From: an uncultured Verrucomicrobiae bacterium
GTDB taxonomy: Bacteria > Verrucomicrobiota > Verrucomicrobiia > Chthoniobacterales > UBA10450
Length of the DNA: 64,000 bases
Direction of reading: 5' to 3'
Assembly (NCBI GenBank): GCA_963781735.1
Contig: CAWAHI010000021.1
Coordinates: 33,906-97,905, forward strand
Each line of letters opens with the position of its first letter. The stretch's first letter is position 1. The translations under genes and the position numbers were made by a program. Shown here in pieces: positions 17,297 to 26,518 of the stretch. The notes under the pieces are model-generated. The model did not search any database. It was not told where the DNA came from and saw only the letters and a program-made list of their open reading frames with translations.

Positions 17297-17686
17297 TCAC
17301 CTCGCCCAATTTAAGCAACCCTTGCCCCATGCCCAAACGAGTCCTTCCAGAAGCAGTAACAGAAAAATCAGAATCGCGATGAACGCGCCGATCGGCAGGC
17401 CGGTGAATGCCACGGCAAATGGCACCAGGAAAATCGCTTCCACATCGAAGATCAAAAAAAGGATCGCATATAAATAATATTGCGATCGGAACTGAATCTG
17501 CGCGTCGCCGACCGATTCCACGCCGCATTCATAAGTGGCGTTCTTTTCCATGCCCGGCTTGGACGGTTGAAAGAATCGCCGCCACAACCACGCCAGCCCA
17601 AGCGGAATGACGGGAAATATCAAGGCCACGCCAATGAAGATTACGATGAAGAAGTAGGGGTTCGGAGTCATTCCTGTAACACTCAA
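17297..17686 (-). CDS. nuoA: NADH-quinone oxidoreductase subunit A
   Basis: ORF track (TTG start). An in-frame ATG at 17671 (MTPNPYFF...) is a likelier start. Three TM helices and the 'YECG' motif. Confidence 0.9.
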   Translation of the reverse strand: MSVTGMTPNPYFFIVIFIGVALIFPVIPLGLAWLWRRFFQPSKPGMEKNATYECGVESVGDAQIQFRSQYYLYAILFLIFDVEAIFLVPFAVAFTGLPIGAFIAILIFLLLLLEGLVWAWGKGCLNWAR

Positions 17687-17790
17687 TTATCCACCGATGA
17701 ACACAGATTTACACGGATAGAATAATACTACCTCTTTTAATCTATGTTTCATCTGTGTTAATCCGTGGCCAACAATTGAGCTGATCTTTC

Positions 17791-18987
17791 ATGGTCAAGC
17801 GCGAATCGACCGCTCCATTCCTCTTTTTCATTCTCGACCTGCCCTCGGGCATCAGCAGTGGTTTCGCTTCGATCACCTTGCCATTCATTTTAACACAAGC
17901 CGGCTTTTCCGTGGCAGCCGCTGGTTACATTGTTGCGCTCGGCGTTTCCGCCAATCTTTGGCGCTTTTTGTGGGGTCCGGTTGCCGATTTCACGTTGAGC
18001 GCGCGGCGTTGGTATTTAATCGGGTTGGTCACGACAGCGGTGACGCTGCTGCTTCTTGGTCTGATTCCCCTTCGGCCCGATTCGACCGGATTGCTCAATG
18101 CCGTGGTGTTCATTTCCCAAGTCGCAAGCACTTTGGTGATGCTGCCTTTGGGCGGACTAATGGCGCACACCGTTAGCGACGACATGAAAGGACGTGCTGC
18201 CGGTTGGTATCAGGCTGGCAACCTCGGAGGAAACGGAATCGGCGGCGGTGCCGGCGTCTGGCTGGCCGCGCACTATTCCAAGGAAGTCGCGGCATGGTCG
18301 ATCTCGCTCTCGATGCTCGCCTGCGCACTCGCTCTCTTTTTTGTATCCGATGTTCGCCTTGTTGCGACCGAAACGTTCGTCCAACGAATGCGATTCCTCG
18401 GCCAGGATCTGCTCGCGATCGTTCGGTCCGCGTTGCCGCTCTTCATCACCGTGTTGGTTTGCTCACCTATTGGCGCGGGCGGCATGAGTAATCTTTGGGC
18501 AGCGGTTGCGCCGGACTGGCATGCCGATGCCGACACGGTCGCCCTGGTTGGCGGCGTTCTGAACGGCATAATCAGCGCAGCGGGATGCGTCGTTGGCGGT
18601 TGGGTGGCGGATCGAATCGGAATATGGTGGGCTTACTTCGGTTCCGGAGTGGCTATTGCAATCGTCGCCATTGTCATGGCCATCGCTTCACGAACGCCGG
18701 GCATTTTCTCGAGCGGCGTGCTCGTTTACGCATTTTCCCAGGGATTAGCTTATGCCACCTTCTCCGCCATCGTTCTCGTCGCCATTGGACGTGGCGCCGC
18801 TTCTACAAAATACGCCGCTCTCTCTTCGCTTGGAAACCTTCCTGTCGTTTACATGACAGCGCTCGACGGCTGGGTGCACGACAAATATGGAACATCGTGG
18901 ATGCTTCACTTCGATGCGTTATCCGGCATTGTTTGCATCATCGTCGCAATGTTCGTCCTGAAAAAAATAAAAGCGACCCCCAGATAA
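17791..18987 (+). CDS. MFS transporter
   Basis: ORF track. About 12 predicted TM helices. It sits between the two divergent nuo operons. Confidence 0.8.
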   Translation: MVKRESTAPFLFFILDLPSGISSGFASITLPFILTQAGFSVAAAGYIVALGVSANLWRFLWGPVADFTLSARRWYLIGLVTTAVTLLLLGLIPLRPDSTGLLNAVVFISQVASTLVMLPLGGLMAHTVSDDMKGRAAGWYQAGNLGGNGIGGGAGVWLAAHYSKEVAAWSISLSMLACALALFFVSDVRLVATETFVQRMRFLGQDLLAIVRSALPLFITVLVCSPIGAGGMSNLWAAVAPDWHADADTVALVGGVLNGIISAAGCVVGGWVADRIGIWWAYFGSGVAIAIVAIVMAIASRTPGIFSSGVLVYAFSQGLAYATFSAIVLVAIGRGAASTKYAALSSLGNLPVVYMTALDGWVHDKYGTSWMLHFDALSGIVCIIVAMFVLKKIKATPR

Positions 18988-19123
18988 TCCGCTAAAAACG
19001 CCAAATAGACGCTAAAATTGAAGCACGGTAATGCCTCCTTTTGTTCGGTGCTTCGTCATTTCAAGCCATCCGCGTGACATTCCCCTTGCTTAAATAATCA
19101 GCCACCGCTTTTCTTCAGCGAGC

Positions 19124-20311
19124 TTGAGCCAGTCGATCGATCAAATTTTCATTAGCGCGAAGCAATGGATCCTGTCCTTGCTTTCAGAGACGCCCGATTG
19201 GGTAACGACCATCGTGTCGATTCTCCTTAACATCAGTGCGTTGCTCGGAGTGTTTCTCACCATCTTTGCCCTCATCTCTGTCCTGGAGCGGAAAATTTTG
19301 GGCCGCATGCAAAACCGTTACGGGCCGAATCGCGTTGGCCCGTTCGGGCTTTTTCAACCAATCGCTGATGGGATCAAGATGTTGATCAAGGAAGATGTCG
19401 TGCCGGCGCGGGCCGACAAGGTGGTGCATTTTCTCGCGCCCATCCTCGTGGCCGCCACGGCCATCCTCACGCTTGGCATCATTCCATATGGGCGAAACAT
19501 GACGCCGTTCGCGATCGACGGCGGCATCCTGTTTTTCTTCGCCGTCGGTTCAACCACTGAGCTGGCCGTCTTCATGGCGGGGTGGGGCAGCAACAACAAA
19601 TTTTCCATGCTGGGCGCAATGCGCGCCATCGCGCAAATGGTGAGCTACGAATTGCCGCTTATCCTCACCACGCTCCCCGTGGTGATGGTCACCGGCGCGC
19701 TTTCGCCTGATGCCATTGTCGCCGCGCAAGATGGTTATTCATTCGGAATTGTGCCGCATTGGTTTGTTACTACGCCCTGGGGTGCGGCTGCGTTCATTCT
19801 GTTTTTCGTCTCGGGTTTGGTCGAATCCAACCGCACCCCGTTCGATGTCCCAGAAGGCGAATCCGAAATCGTCGCCGGTCACATGACGGAATATTCCGGT
19901 TTCAAATACGCGACTTTTTTCCTGGCTGAATATTTCGGAATGTTCGCGATTAGTGGTCTCGCCGTGACTCTGTTTCTCGGCGGCTGGCACGCACCGATCG
20001 CCGTGCTCGAATTCATTCCATCGTACGTTTGGTTTTTTCTGAAATTAAGTGCGCTGCTTTTTGTTTACATCTGGATCCGCGGGACGCTGCCGCGCACGCG
20101 CGTCGATCAAATCATGAACTTCGCCTGGAAATTCATGCTGCCCATGGCCTTCACCTGCATTGTTGCCGCTGCCGTCTGGCATTATCAGGGGCGCGGCCTC
20201 GCTGGCTGGCTGTGGTCTCTGGCAGTCGTCGCTATTATCTACCTGACACTATCGCGCCTGCTGGAGACGAAAAAGAGGTTTGCCCCCCGCACCTATCGTT
20301 TCGCTGAATGA
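19124..20311 (+). CDS. nuoH: NADH-quinone oxidoreductase subunit H
   Basis: ORF track (TTG start). 'ERKILGRMQNRYGPNRVGPFGLFQPIADGIK' is the NuoH/ND1 signature. Confidence 0.95.
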   Translation: MSQSIDQIFISAKQWILSLLSETPDWVTTIVSILLNISALLGVFLTIFALISVLERKILGRMQNRYGPNRVGPFGLFQPIADGIKMLIKEDVVPARADKVVHFLAPILVAATAILTLGIIPYGRNMTPFAIDGGILFFFAVGSTTELAVFMAGWGSNNKFSMLGAMRAIAQMVSYELPLILTTLPVVMVTGALSPDAIVAAQDGYSFGIVPHWFVTTPWGAAAFILFFVSGLVESNRTPFDVPEGESEIVAGHMTEYSGFKYATFFLAEYFGMFAISGLAVTLFLGGWHAPIAVLEFIPSYVWFFLKLSALLFVYIWIRGTLPRTRVDQIMNFAWKFMLPMAFTCIVAAAVWHYQGRGLAGWLWSLAVVAIIYLTLSRLLETKKRFAPRTYRFAE

Positions 20312-20417
20312 ATAGCATTGGAAAGCCGAACCATTGCAGGGCAAGCGTACCGCTTGCCGGTCCACTAAAATCGGCCGGCGCCGCGCCTGCCCTACAAACG
20401 AAACCTGATTCTCCCGA

Positions 20418-20906
20418 ATGAACAGCGTCGGCTTTCTGGCCATTGCCATCATTATTCTCGCCGGCGCACTTGCCGCCGCGACTCTTCCCAAACTCATTCA
20501 TGCTGCGCTTAGTCTGGTAATCGTCTTTGTCGGTGTCGCAGCGTACTTTTTCTTGTTAGGCGCCGAGTTCGTCGGCTTGGTCCAGATTTTTGTTTATATC
20601 GGAGCGGTGGCGGTTCTGATCGTTTTCACCATTCTGCTTACCCGTCGCGATATCGTTAGCGACCGTGGCATTAACTGGGGCGGCGTGATTGTTGCGCTTG
20701 CTGTCTTCGGGGGGCTGCTCTGGATAATCTTGAACACGACATCGCTCGCGCTTCCCGCGCCGCAATTCGAGCCAGTCACGGTGAAACAGATTGGCGAATC
20801 ACTAATGACCAATTACGTCTGGCCGCTGCAATGCGTCGGCCTTGTCCTCACCGTCGCGCTTATCGGAGCCCTCATTTTGGTGATGGAGGAGAAAACAGAA
20901 CGCTAA
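20418..20906 (+). CDS. nuoJ: NADH-quinone oxidoreductase subunit J
   Basis: ORF track. 162-aa, 5-TM ND6-type protein located between nuoH and nuoK. Confidence 0.9.
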   Translation: MNSVGFLAIAIIILAGALAAATLPKLIHAALSLVIVFVGVAAYFFLLGAEFVGLVQIFVYIGAVAVLIVFTILLTRRDIVSDRGINWGGVIVALAVFGGLLWIILNTTSLALPAPQFEPVTVKQIGESLMTNYVWPLQCVGLVLTVALIGALILVMEEKTER

Positions 20907-20990
20907 ATGCGTTACAACGTTAAAACGGAACTCACGATCAACTGCATCCCATTTAACAGTTCAACATTTTTAACATTTTAACGAGCGCCA
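20907..20990. repeat. AT-rich TTAAA/TAACG word-repeat dyad (nuoJ-nuoK spacer)
   Basis: GCGTTACAACGTTAAAACGG ... CCATTTAACAGTTCAACATTTTTAACATTTTAACG. Confidence 0.7.
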
Positions 20991-21305
20991 ATGACTCCCA
21001 CTCTCCAATTCTTTCTTATCATCTCGAGCGCACTGTTCTCCATCGGCCTGCTCGCCGCGCTTAGCCGGCGTCACGCCATATTCATTTTAATCGGAATCGA
21101 GCTGATGCTCGCGGCCGCGAACTTGAACTTCATCGCCTTCTGGCGCTTCGGCCCGCAGCCACAACCACCGGTTGGAGTAATGGTCGCGATCTTTTCCATC
21201 GCTATCGCTGCGGCGGAGGCCGCGGTCGGACTTGCCCTCGTCATCGCCATCTATCGGCACTACCGCAGCACCAATGTCGATCAATTCAATCAGCTCAAAG
21301 GCTAA
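20991..21305 (+). CDS. nuoK: NADH-quinone oxidoreductase subunit K
   Basis: ORF track. 104-aa, 3-TM ND4L-type protein. Confidence 0.9.
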   Translation: MTPTLQFFLIISSALFSIGLLAALSRRHAIFILIGIELMLAAANLNFIAFWRFGPQPQPPVGVMVAIFSIAIAAAEAAVGLALVIAIYRHYRSTNVDQFNQLKG

Positions 21306-21432
21306 TGAGGGAAAAAACGAAAACGCCGAACGCCGGACGCCGAACGCCGAACATCGAATTCAGAAGTTTTTCTGACTTGGACGTTGGGTGCTGGGCGCTG
21401 GGCATCGAACGTTTGCCCCTTCGTCAAGTCTC

Positions 21433-23400
21433 ATGAGCTGGCTCGTCACCAATATCTGGCTGATTCCAGCGGTGCCTCTGGCGTTTTCGCTCCTGATTCT
21501 GTTCTTATCCAACTCACGCCGGGCTGCCGCCGCTGGTTTTGCGATCATCGGTCAGATCATTGCGCTCGCATTCTCGATCCTGGCGTTTCTGCCGACCTTG
21601 CAAACTCCGGGCTTTCGCGCTGTTCAGAATTTCACCTGGTTCACCTTCGGTGACCAGGCACTTCGCCTCGGCTGGGTGCTTGATCCGCTCGCCGCCAGCA
21701 TGCTGATCATGATCACACTGGTCGGCCTTTGCATTTTTGTTTTCAGCGTCGGCTACATGGCAGGCGACAAAAACTTCACCCGCTTTTTCGCTTATCTTTC
21801 TTTCTTTTCCGGCGCAATGCTCGGAGTGGTTATCGCAAACAGCCTGCTCCTACTTTTCATTAGCTGGGAACTCGTTGGACTCGCTTCCTATTTGCTGATC
21901 GGGTTCTGGATCGAACGTCCGAGCGCCGCCGCCGCCGCAAAGAAAGCCTTTATTACTACGCGCATCGGCGATCTCGGATTCTTTCTTGGGATGCTCTGGT
22001 TGTATCAAAGCAGCGGAACCCTTCTATTTTATGATCAGGGCCGTGGCTGCCTCGAAGAAGCCGGCCTCCTTGGTATCGGTGGCAGTGCCACTTTCATCGC
22101 CCTCCTGATTTTTTGCGGCGCTGTCGGCAAATCCGGACAGTTCCCACTCCACGTCTGGCTGCCCGATGCGATGGAAGGACCGACACCGGTCAGCGCGTTG
22201 ATCCACGCTGCTACCATGGTGGCAGCTGGTGTCTTCCTTGTCGCCCGTGTCTATCCCTTATTCTCGTTAGACGCAGTGAACGGCGTTACGCCGTCACTTA
22301 CGGTGGTCGTATCGATCGGTGTCGTGACTGCGTTGATGGCTGCGCTCATCGCCCTGGCGCAGTTCGATATCAAACGCATTCTCGCGTATTCCACTGTCTC
22401 GCAACTCGGATTGATGATGGTCTCGCTCGGAGTCGGCGGCGTTGCGGCCGGCATTATGCATCTGATCGCGCATGGCTTTTTCAAAGCGCTCCTCTTCCTT
22501 GGCGCCGGCTCCGTAATTCACGGCCTTCATCACGAACAGGACATTCGCAAAATGGGCGGCCTGCGCTGGATCATGCCGGTGACATTTCTTACCTACGCCA
22601 TCGGCATGATGAACCTGAGCGGAGTACCATTTTTCTTTGCCGGTGGCTGGACTAAAGAAGAAATCCTGCACCGCACCGCGGAGTGGCCGCCCTCCCGTCT
22701 GCCTCATTACCTGATGCTCGCCGGCGTCATCCTCACTGCGCTCTATATGACGCGGCAAATGATTTACGTCTTCTTTGGTCGCACGCGTGAGACTTCCGCT
22801 CCGCACGAAAGTCCGCGAGTAATGACAATGCCGTTAATTATTCTTGCGGCTTCCTCGATTATTTTAGCGATCTTTCTCACCCCGGCCTGGCCTTGGCTGC
22901 ACGCCTATCTCAACGGAGAACCAGCCCGTCTTGATCTTGGCGCTCTGATTCAGCCGATGCTTTTTCTGTCGCTTATTCTGGTCACCGCTGGCATTGGGCT
23001 TGGCTGGTTGATGTATCGCAATGCCGGCGAAACTGATCCGTTGGCGCGCGCCCAACCCGGTCTGTTCCGATTTCTCGCCCACAAAATGTGGATCGACGAA
23101 TTCTACGAACACACCTTCATCGCTTTCGGTCGAGTAGTCGCGCGTCTGTCCGATTTTCTGGACCGATATTTCTGGGACGGCCTGGTCAACCTGTTTTCCG
23201 GAATAGGTCAGGCCTTTGCCATGTTGAGCAAAGGTTTTGACGAGCACGCCATCAATGCCCGAGTTGATGATACTACCACTGGCGCGCGTCGATTCGGTCG
23301 TTTGATCGCAGCGGGCCATTCTGGCCAAATCCAGACGTATCTCGGCGCGATCGCCATAGGAATGCTTCTCCTGCTTGTCCTGTACGCATGGCTGGTTTGA
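21433..23400 (+). CDS. nuoL: NADH-quinone oxidoreductase subunit L (655 aa, long C-terminal lateral-helix region)
   Basis: ORF track 21388..23400. ATG at 21433 (MSWLVTNIWLIPAVPL) is the likely start. ND5 motif 'GKSGQFPLHVWLPDAMEGPTPVSALIHAATMV'. Confidence 0.95.
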   Translation: MSWLVTNIWLIPAVPLAFSLLILFLSNSRRAAAAGFAIIGQIIALAFSILAFLPTLQTPGFRAVQNFTWFTFGDQALRLGWVLDPLAASMLIMITLVGLCIFVFSVGYMAGDKNFTRFFAYLSFFSGAMLGVVIANSLLLLFISWELVGLASYLLIGFWIERPSAAAAAKKAFITTRIGDLGFFLGMLWLYQSSGTLLFYDQGRGCLEEAGLLGIGGSATFIALLIFCGAVGKSGQFPLHVWLPDAMEGPTPVSALIHAATMVAAGVFLVARVYPLFSLDAVNGVTPSLTVVVSIGVVTALMAALIALAQFDIKRILAYSTVSQLGLMMVSLGVGGVAAGIMHLIAHGFFKALLFLGAGSVIHGLHHEQDIRKMGGLRWIMPVTFLTYAIGMMNLSGVPFFFAGGWTKEEILHRTAEWPPSRLPHYLMLAGVILTALYMTRQMIYVFFGRTRETSAPHESPRVMTMPLIILAASSIILAIFLTPAWPWLHAYLNGEPARLDLGALIQPMLFLSLILVTAGIGLGWLMYRNAGETDPLARAQPGLFRFLAHKMWIDEFYEHTFIAFGRVVARLSDFLDRYFWDGLVNLFSGIGQAFAMLSKGFDEHAINARVDDTTTGARRFGRLIAAGHSGQIQTYLGAIAIGMLLLLVLYAWLV

Positions 23401-24860
23401 TCACTACTTTAATAGTAATTCCGCTTGTCGGCGCGCTTCTGGTTAGCGCGACGCGTAATTACGCCCGCGCGCTCGCTCTGGTTTCCAACCTGATTAGTGC
23501 GACATGCGCCTTTGTAATCTGGCGAAGCTTCGATCCCAGCTTGCCTGGCTTTCAGTTGGTAGAACGTCATAGCTGGATGCCGGCGATTGGCGCCGAATAC
23601 CTCGTCGGCATCGACGGTCTAAGTCTGCTTCTGGTTGTCCTGACCTCGTTAGTTTTTCCGTTTGCTTTGCTGGCGCAAAAAATGGACCGCGGCTTCTGCG
23701 CGCTGATGTTAATCACGCAGGCCGCGCTTTACGGTACATTCACGGCGCAGAATTTCGTTCTCTGGTTTCTCTTCTATGAGATGAGCCTGATCCCGGCGTT
23801 TCTCTTGATAAAAATCTGGGGAGGCGAAAAACGTGATCGAGCCGCCACCAAATTCTTTCTTTACACTTTTCTCGGCAGCGTGGCCATGTTGCTCGCCTTT
23901 CTCGGAATTTATTTTATCAACGGTACCTTCGATTTTGCCAGTCTCGCCGGGCTCGGAAAGGCTCGGGATTTGTTGCCGGGCAATTTCACCTGGGTCGCCT
24001 TCGCGGGAATCTTTCTTGGACTCGCGGTGAAGGTGCCACTCTTTCCTTTTCACACCTGGTTGCCCGACGCTTACGAAGCGGCGCCCACCGGTGTATCAAT
24101 GGTGTTAACCGGGGCGCTATCCAAAATGGGGGTTTATGGTTTTATCCGCCTGCTCCTGCCACTTTTCCCTAACGAGATCACGACATTGGGGCCATGGCTT
24201 TTGACGCTGACGGTTTGTTCCATCGTGATCCCGCCGCTCGTCGCTTGGGCGCAAGCCGACTTGAAACGCATGGTTGCCTACTTGTCGATTAACCACCTCG
24301 GTTATTGCATGCTCGGTCTTTTCGCAGCGACTGTGCCAGCGGTTCGACCTTTGGAAGAAATGCATGCGGCCTTGAGCGGCGTTTTCATGCAAATATTCAA
24401 TCACGGCATCACTGCCGCCGCGCTGTTCTATTTTGTCGGATTGCTCGAACAGCGCCGCGGTTCGCGCGGGATCGATGATTTCGGCGGCCTGATGCAACGC
24501 GCGCCGCTTCTTTGCGGCTGGATGAGCGTCACCATGTTTTCCTCACTCGGCTTGCCAGGACTGAACGGCTTTATCGGCGAGTTTCTCATCTTCAAAGGTT
24601 CCTTTGCCGTCACTGCCGGCTATACCGCCGTCGCGGTGCTTGGTCTCCTTTTTACCGCCGTTGTCTTTATGCGCGCAATGCAATCGCTCTTCAGCGGTCC
24701 GCTCGCTGAAACCGGCCTCGGTTTTCCCGATCTCAGGTCTAACGAGAAGTGGACGATTGTTCCGGTCACGCTTCTCATGTTCGTGATCGGTATCTCTCCC
24801 CAATTCCTCTTCAACATTTTTAACACCACCATTGTACAGATGGCGCGGTTGTTTGCCTGA
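23388..24860 (+). CDS. nuoM: NADH-quinone oxidoreductase subunit M (copy 1, 490 aa)
   Basis: ORF track. 13-nt overlap with nuoL. ND4-type motif 'PLFPFHTWLPDAYEAAPTGVSMVLTGALSKMGVYGF'. Confidence 0.9.
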   Translation: MAGLITTLIVIPLVGALLVSATRNYARALALVSNLISATCAFVIWRSFDPSLPGFQLVERHSWMPAIGAEYLVGIDGLSLLLVVLTSLVFPFALLAQKMDRGFCALMLITQAALYGTFTAQNFVLWFLFYEMSLIPAFLLIKIWGGEKRDRAATKFFLYTFLGSVAMLLAFLGIYFINGTFDFASLAGLGKARDLLPGNFTWVAFAGIFLGLAVKVPLFPFHTWLPDAYEAAPTGVSMVLTGALSKMGVYGFIRLLLPLFPNEITTLGPWLLTLTVCSIVIPPLVAWAQADLKRMVAYLSINHLGYCMLGLFAATVPAVRPLEEMHAALSGVFMQIFNHGITAAALFYFVGLLEQRRGSRGIDDFGGLMQRAPLLCGWMSVTMFSSLGLPGLNGFIGEFLIFKGSFAVTAGYTAVAVLGLLFTAVVFMRAMQSLFSGPLAETGLGFPDLRSNEKWTIVPVTLLMFVIGISPQFLFNIFNTTIVQMARLFA

Positions 24861-24921
24861 CAGCAACCGGGATGAACAAAGAGATTGTTCCGATCGAGCG
24901 AATCGCGGCGCGGAAATCTTG

Positions 24922-26466
24922 ATGATAGCCTGGACCATTTACATCACATTCGCCGGGGCAATCGCCGCGCTGGTTTTGCCGCGCACGTTTTCGCGCTGGA
25001 TCGCGCTCCTCACAACGGGGGCTGGTTTTGCAATTAGCTTGTCCGCGCTTTTCTGTCGCGATCTCGATCTCGCGCATTTCACCACCATCGTGCAGGTCCC
25101 CTGGGTGCCGGCCCTGGGCATGAACTACCATCTTGCGGTCGACGGCATCAGCCTGACTCTCATTCTGGTCACATCAATAACGGCAGTCAGCTCAGTGCTC
25201 TTTTCCTGGGACGTCACCGAACGGCCGAATGAATTCTTCTTTTGGCTCCTTCTCGTAGTCGGCGGTTCCTTCGGCGTTTTTCTAAGCGCCGACTTGTTTC
25301 TGCTCTTCGTCTTCTACGAGTTGGTCATCGTCCCGAAGTACTTCCTGATCGCGATCTGGGGATCCACTAACAAGGAGTACGGTGCAATGAAGTTGACGCT
25401 GTACTCGTTCTTCGGCGGCGCGCTCGTTTTCATTGGAATTATCGCCGCCTACGTGACCGGCGGTTCACTAGACTTGAATCAGCTCGTGCAATTTCAGTTC
25501 AATCCGCAACTGCAACGATGGGCCTTCCCAATTTTGTTCCTCGGCTTTGCCGTTCTTGCCGGCATCTGGCCATTGCATACCTGGGCGCCGACCGGTCACG
25601 TCGCAGCGCCCACCGCGGGTTCAATGTTACTCGCCGGAATCGTGATGAAGCTGGGTGCTTACGGCGGCCTGCGGGTGGCGATGAATCTTTTCCCGCAAGG
25701 TTTCCAAATGTGCAGTAAATGGATCGCGGTCCTGGCCGTCACCGGCATTGTCTATGCGGCCGCGGTCGCGCTTCGGCAGCGCGACCTGAAATTCGTCATT
25801 GGCTACTCGAGCGTGAGTCATATGGGTTTCGTCCTTCTTGGCCTCGCCACCGCAAACGTTCTCGGCGTGTCAGGTGCAGTGCTGCAGATGTTTTCACACG
25901 GCGTAATCGGTGCACTCCTCTTCGCCGTTGCCGGACGAATGATTTATCGGCGGACGCACACGCGTGACCTCGACGACCTCTCGCTAATGGAATTGAATCG
26001 CGCCCTTCCCTTCGCGGCGTTTGTCTTTGTCATCGCTTCCGCTGCGTCGATGGGCATTCCCGGGTTTAGCGGGTTTGCCGCCGAAATAACCATTCTGATC
26101 GGCGTGTGGAAAACATACCCACTCGCGGTCTGGATCACTGGTGCCGGCATGGTGCTGGTCGCGGCGTTTACCTTGCGGGCGTTGACGCAAACTTTCTTTG
26201 GTGGATCGAGCAGTCCCTTGTCCGCCCGTCGGACGGACTCGTCCTGTGGCGAGCTCGATGTTGAAAATATGCGGCCTCCAGCTGCCAAAACATCGGCATC
26301 GCCCGCGGAGCGGCCGATCCACCTCGAGCCAATTAGCATTCCAGAAAAACTTGGCGCTGGTCTACTTATCTTCGCCACTGTCGCGATCGGCGTTTATCCG
26401 AAGCTACTGCTCGATCGTATTCAACCGGCAGTGGAAGCGATGCGATTCTTGAAAACAGGCGGCTAA
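24922..26466 (+). CDS. nuoM: second NuoM/ND4-type antiporter-like subunit (copy 2, 514 aa)
   Basis: ORF track 24832..26466. ATG at 24922 (MIAWTIYITFAG...) is the likely start. Motif 'WPLHTWAPTGHVAAPTAGSMLLAGIVMKLGAYGG' is ND4-type, not ND2 or ND5. An extra hydrophilic segment lies before the last TM helix. Confidence 0.85.
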   Translation: MIAWTIYITFAGAIAALVLPRTFSRWIALLTTGAGFAISLSALFCRDLDLAHFTTIVQVPWVPALGMNYHLAVDGISLTLILVTSITAVSSVLFSWDVTERPNEFFFWLLLVVGGSFGVFLSADLFLLFVFYELVIVPKYFLIAIWGSTNKEYGAMKLTLYSFFGGALVFIGIIAAYVTGGSLDLNQLVQFQFNPQLQRWAFPILFLGFAVLAGIWPLHTWAPTGHVAAPTAGSMLLAGIVMKLGAYGGLRVAMNLFPQGFQMCSKWIAVLAVTGIVYAAAVALRQRDLKFVIGYSSVSHMGFVLLGLATANVLGVSGAVLQMFSHGVIGALLFAVAGRMIYRRTHTRDLDDLSLMELNRALPFAAFVFVIASAASMGIPGFSGFAAEITILIGVWKTYPLAVWITGAGMVLVAAFTLRALTQTFFGGSSSPLSARRTDSSCGELDVENMRPPAAKTSASPAERPIHLEPISIPEKLGAGLLIFATVAIGVYPKLLLDRIQPAVEAMRFLKTGG

Positions 26467-26518
26467 GAAACTATTCCCTTTTTAACGATGTAACATTTTT
26501 AACATTGTAACGATCTCA

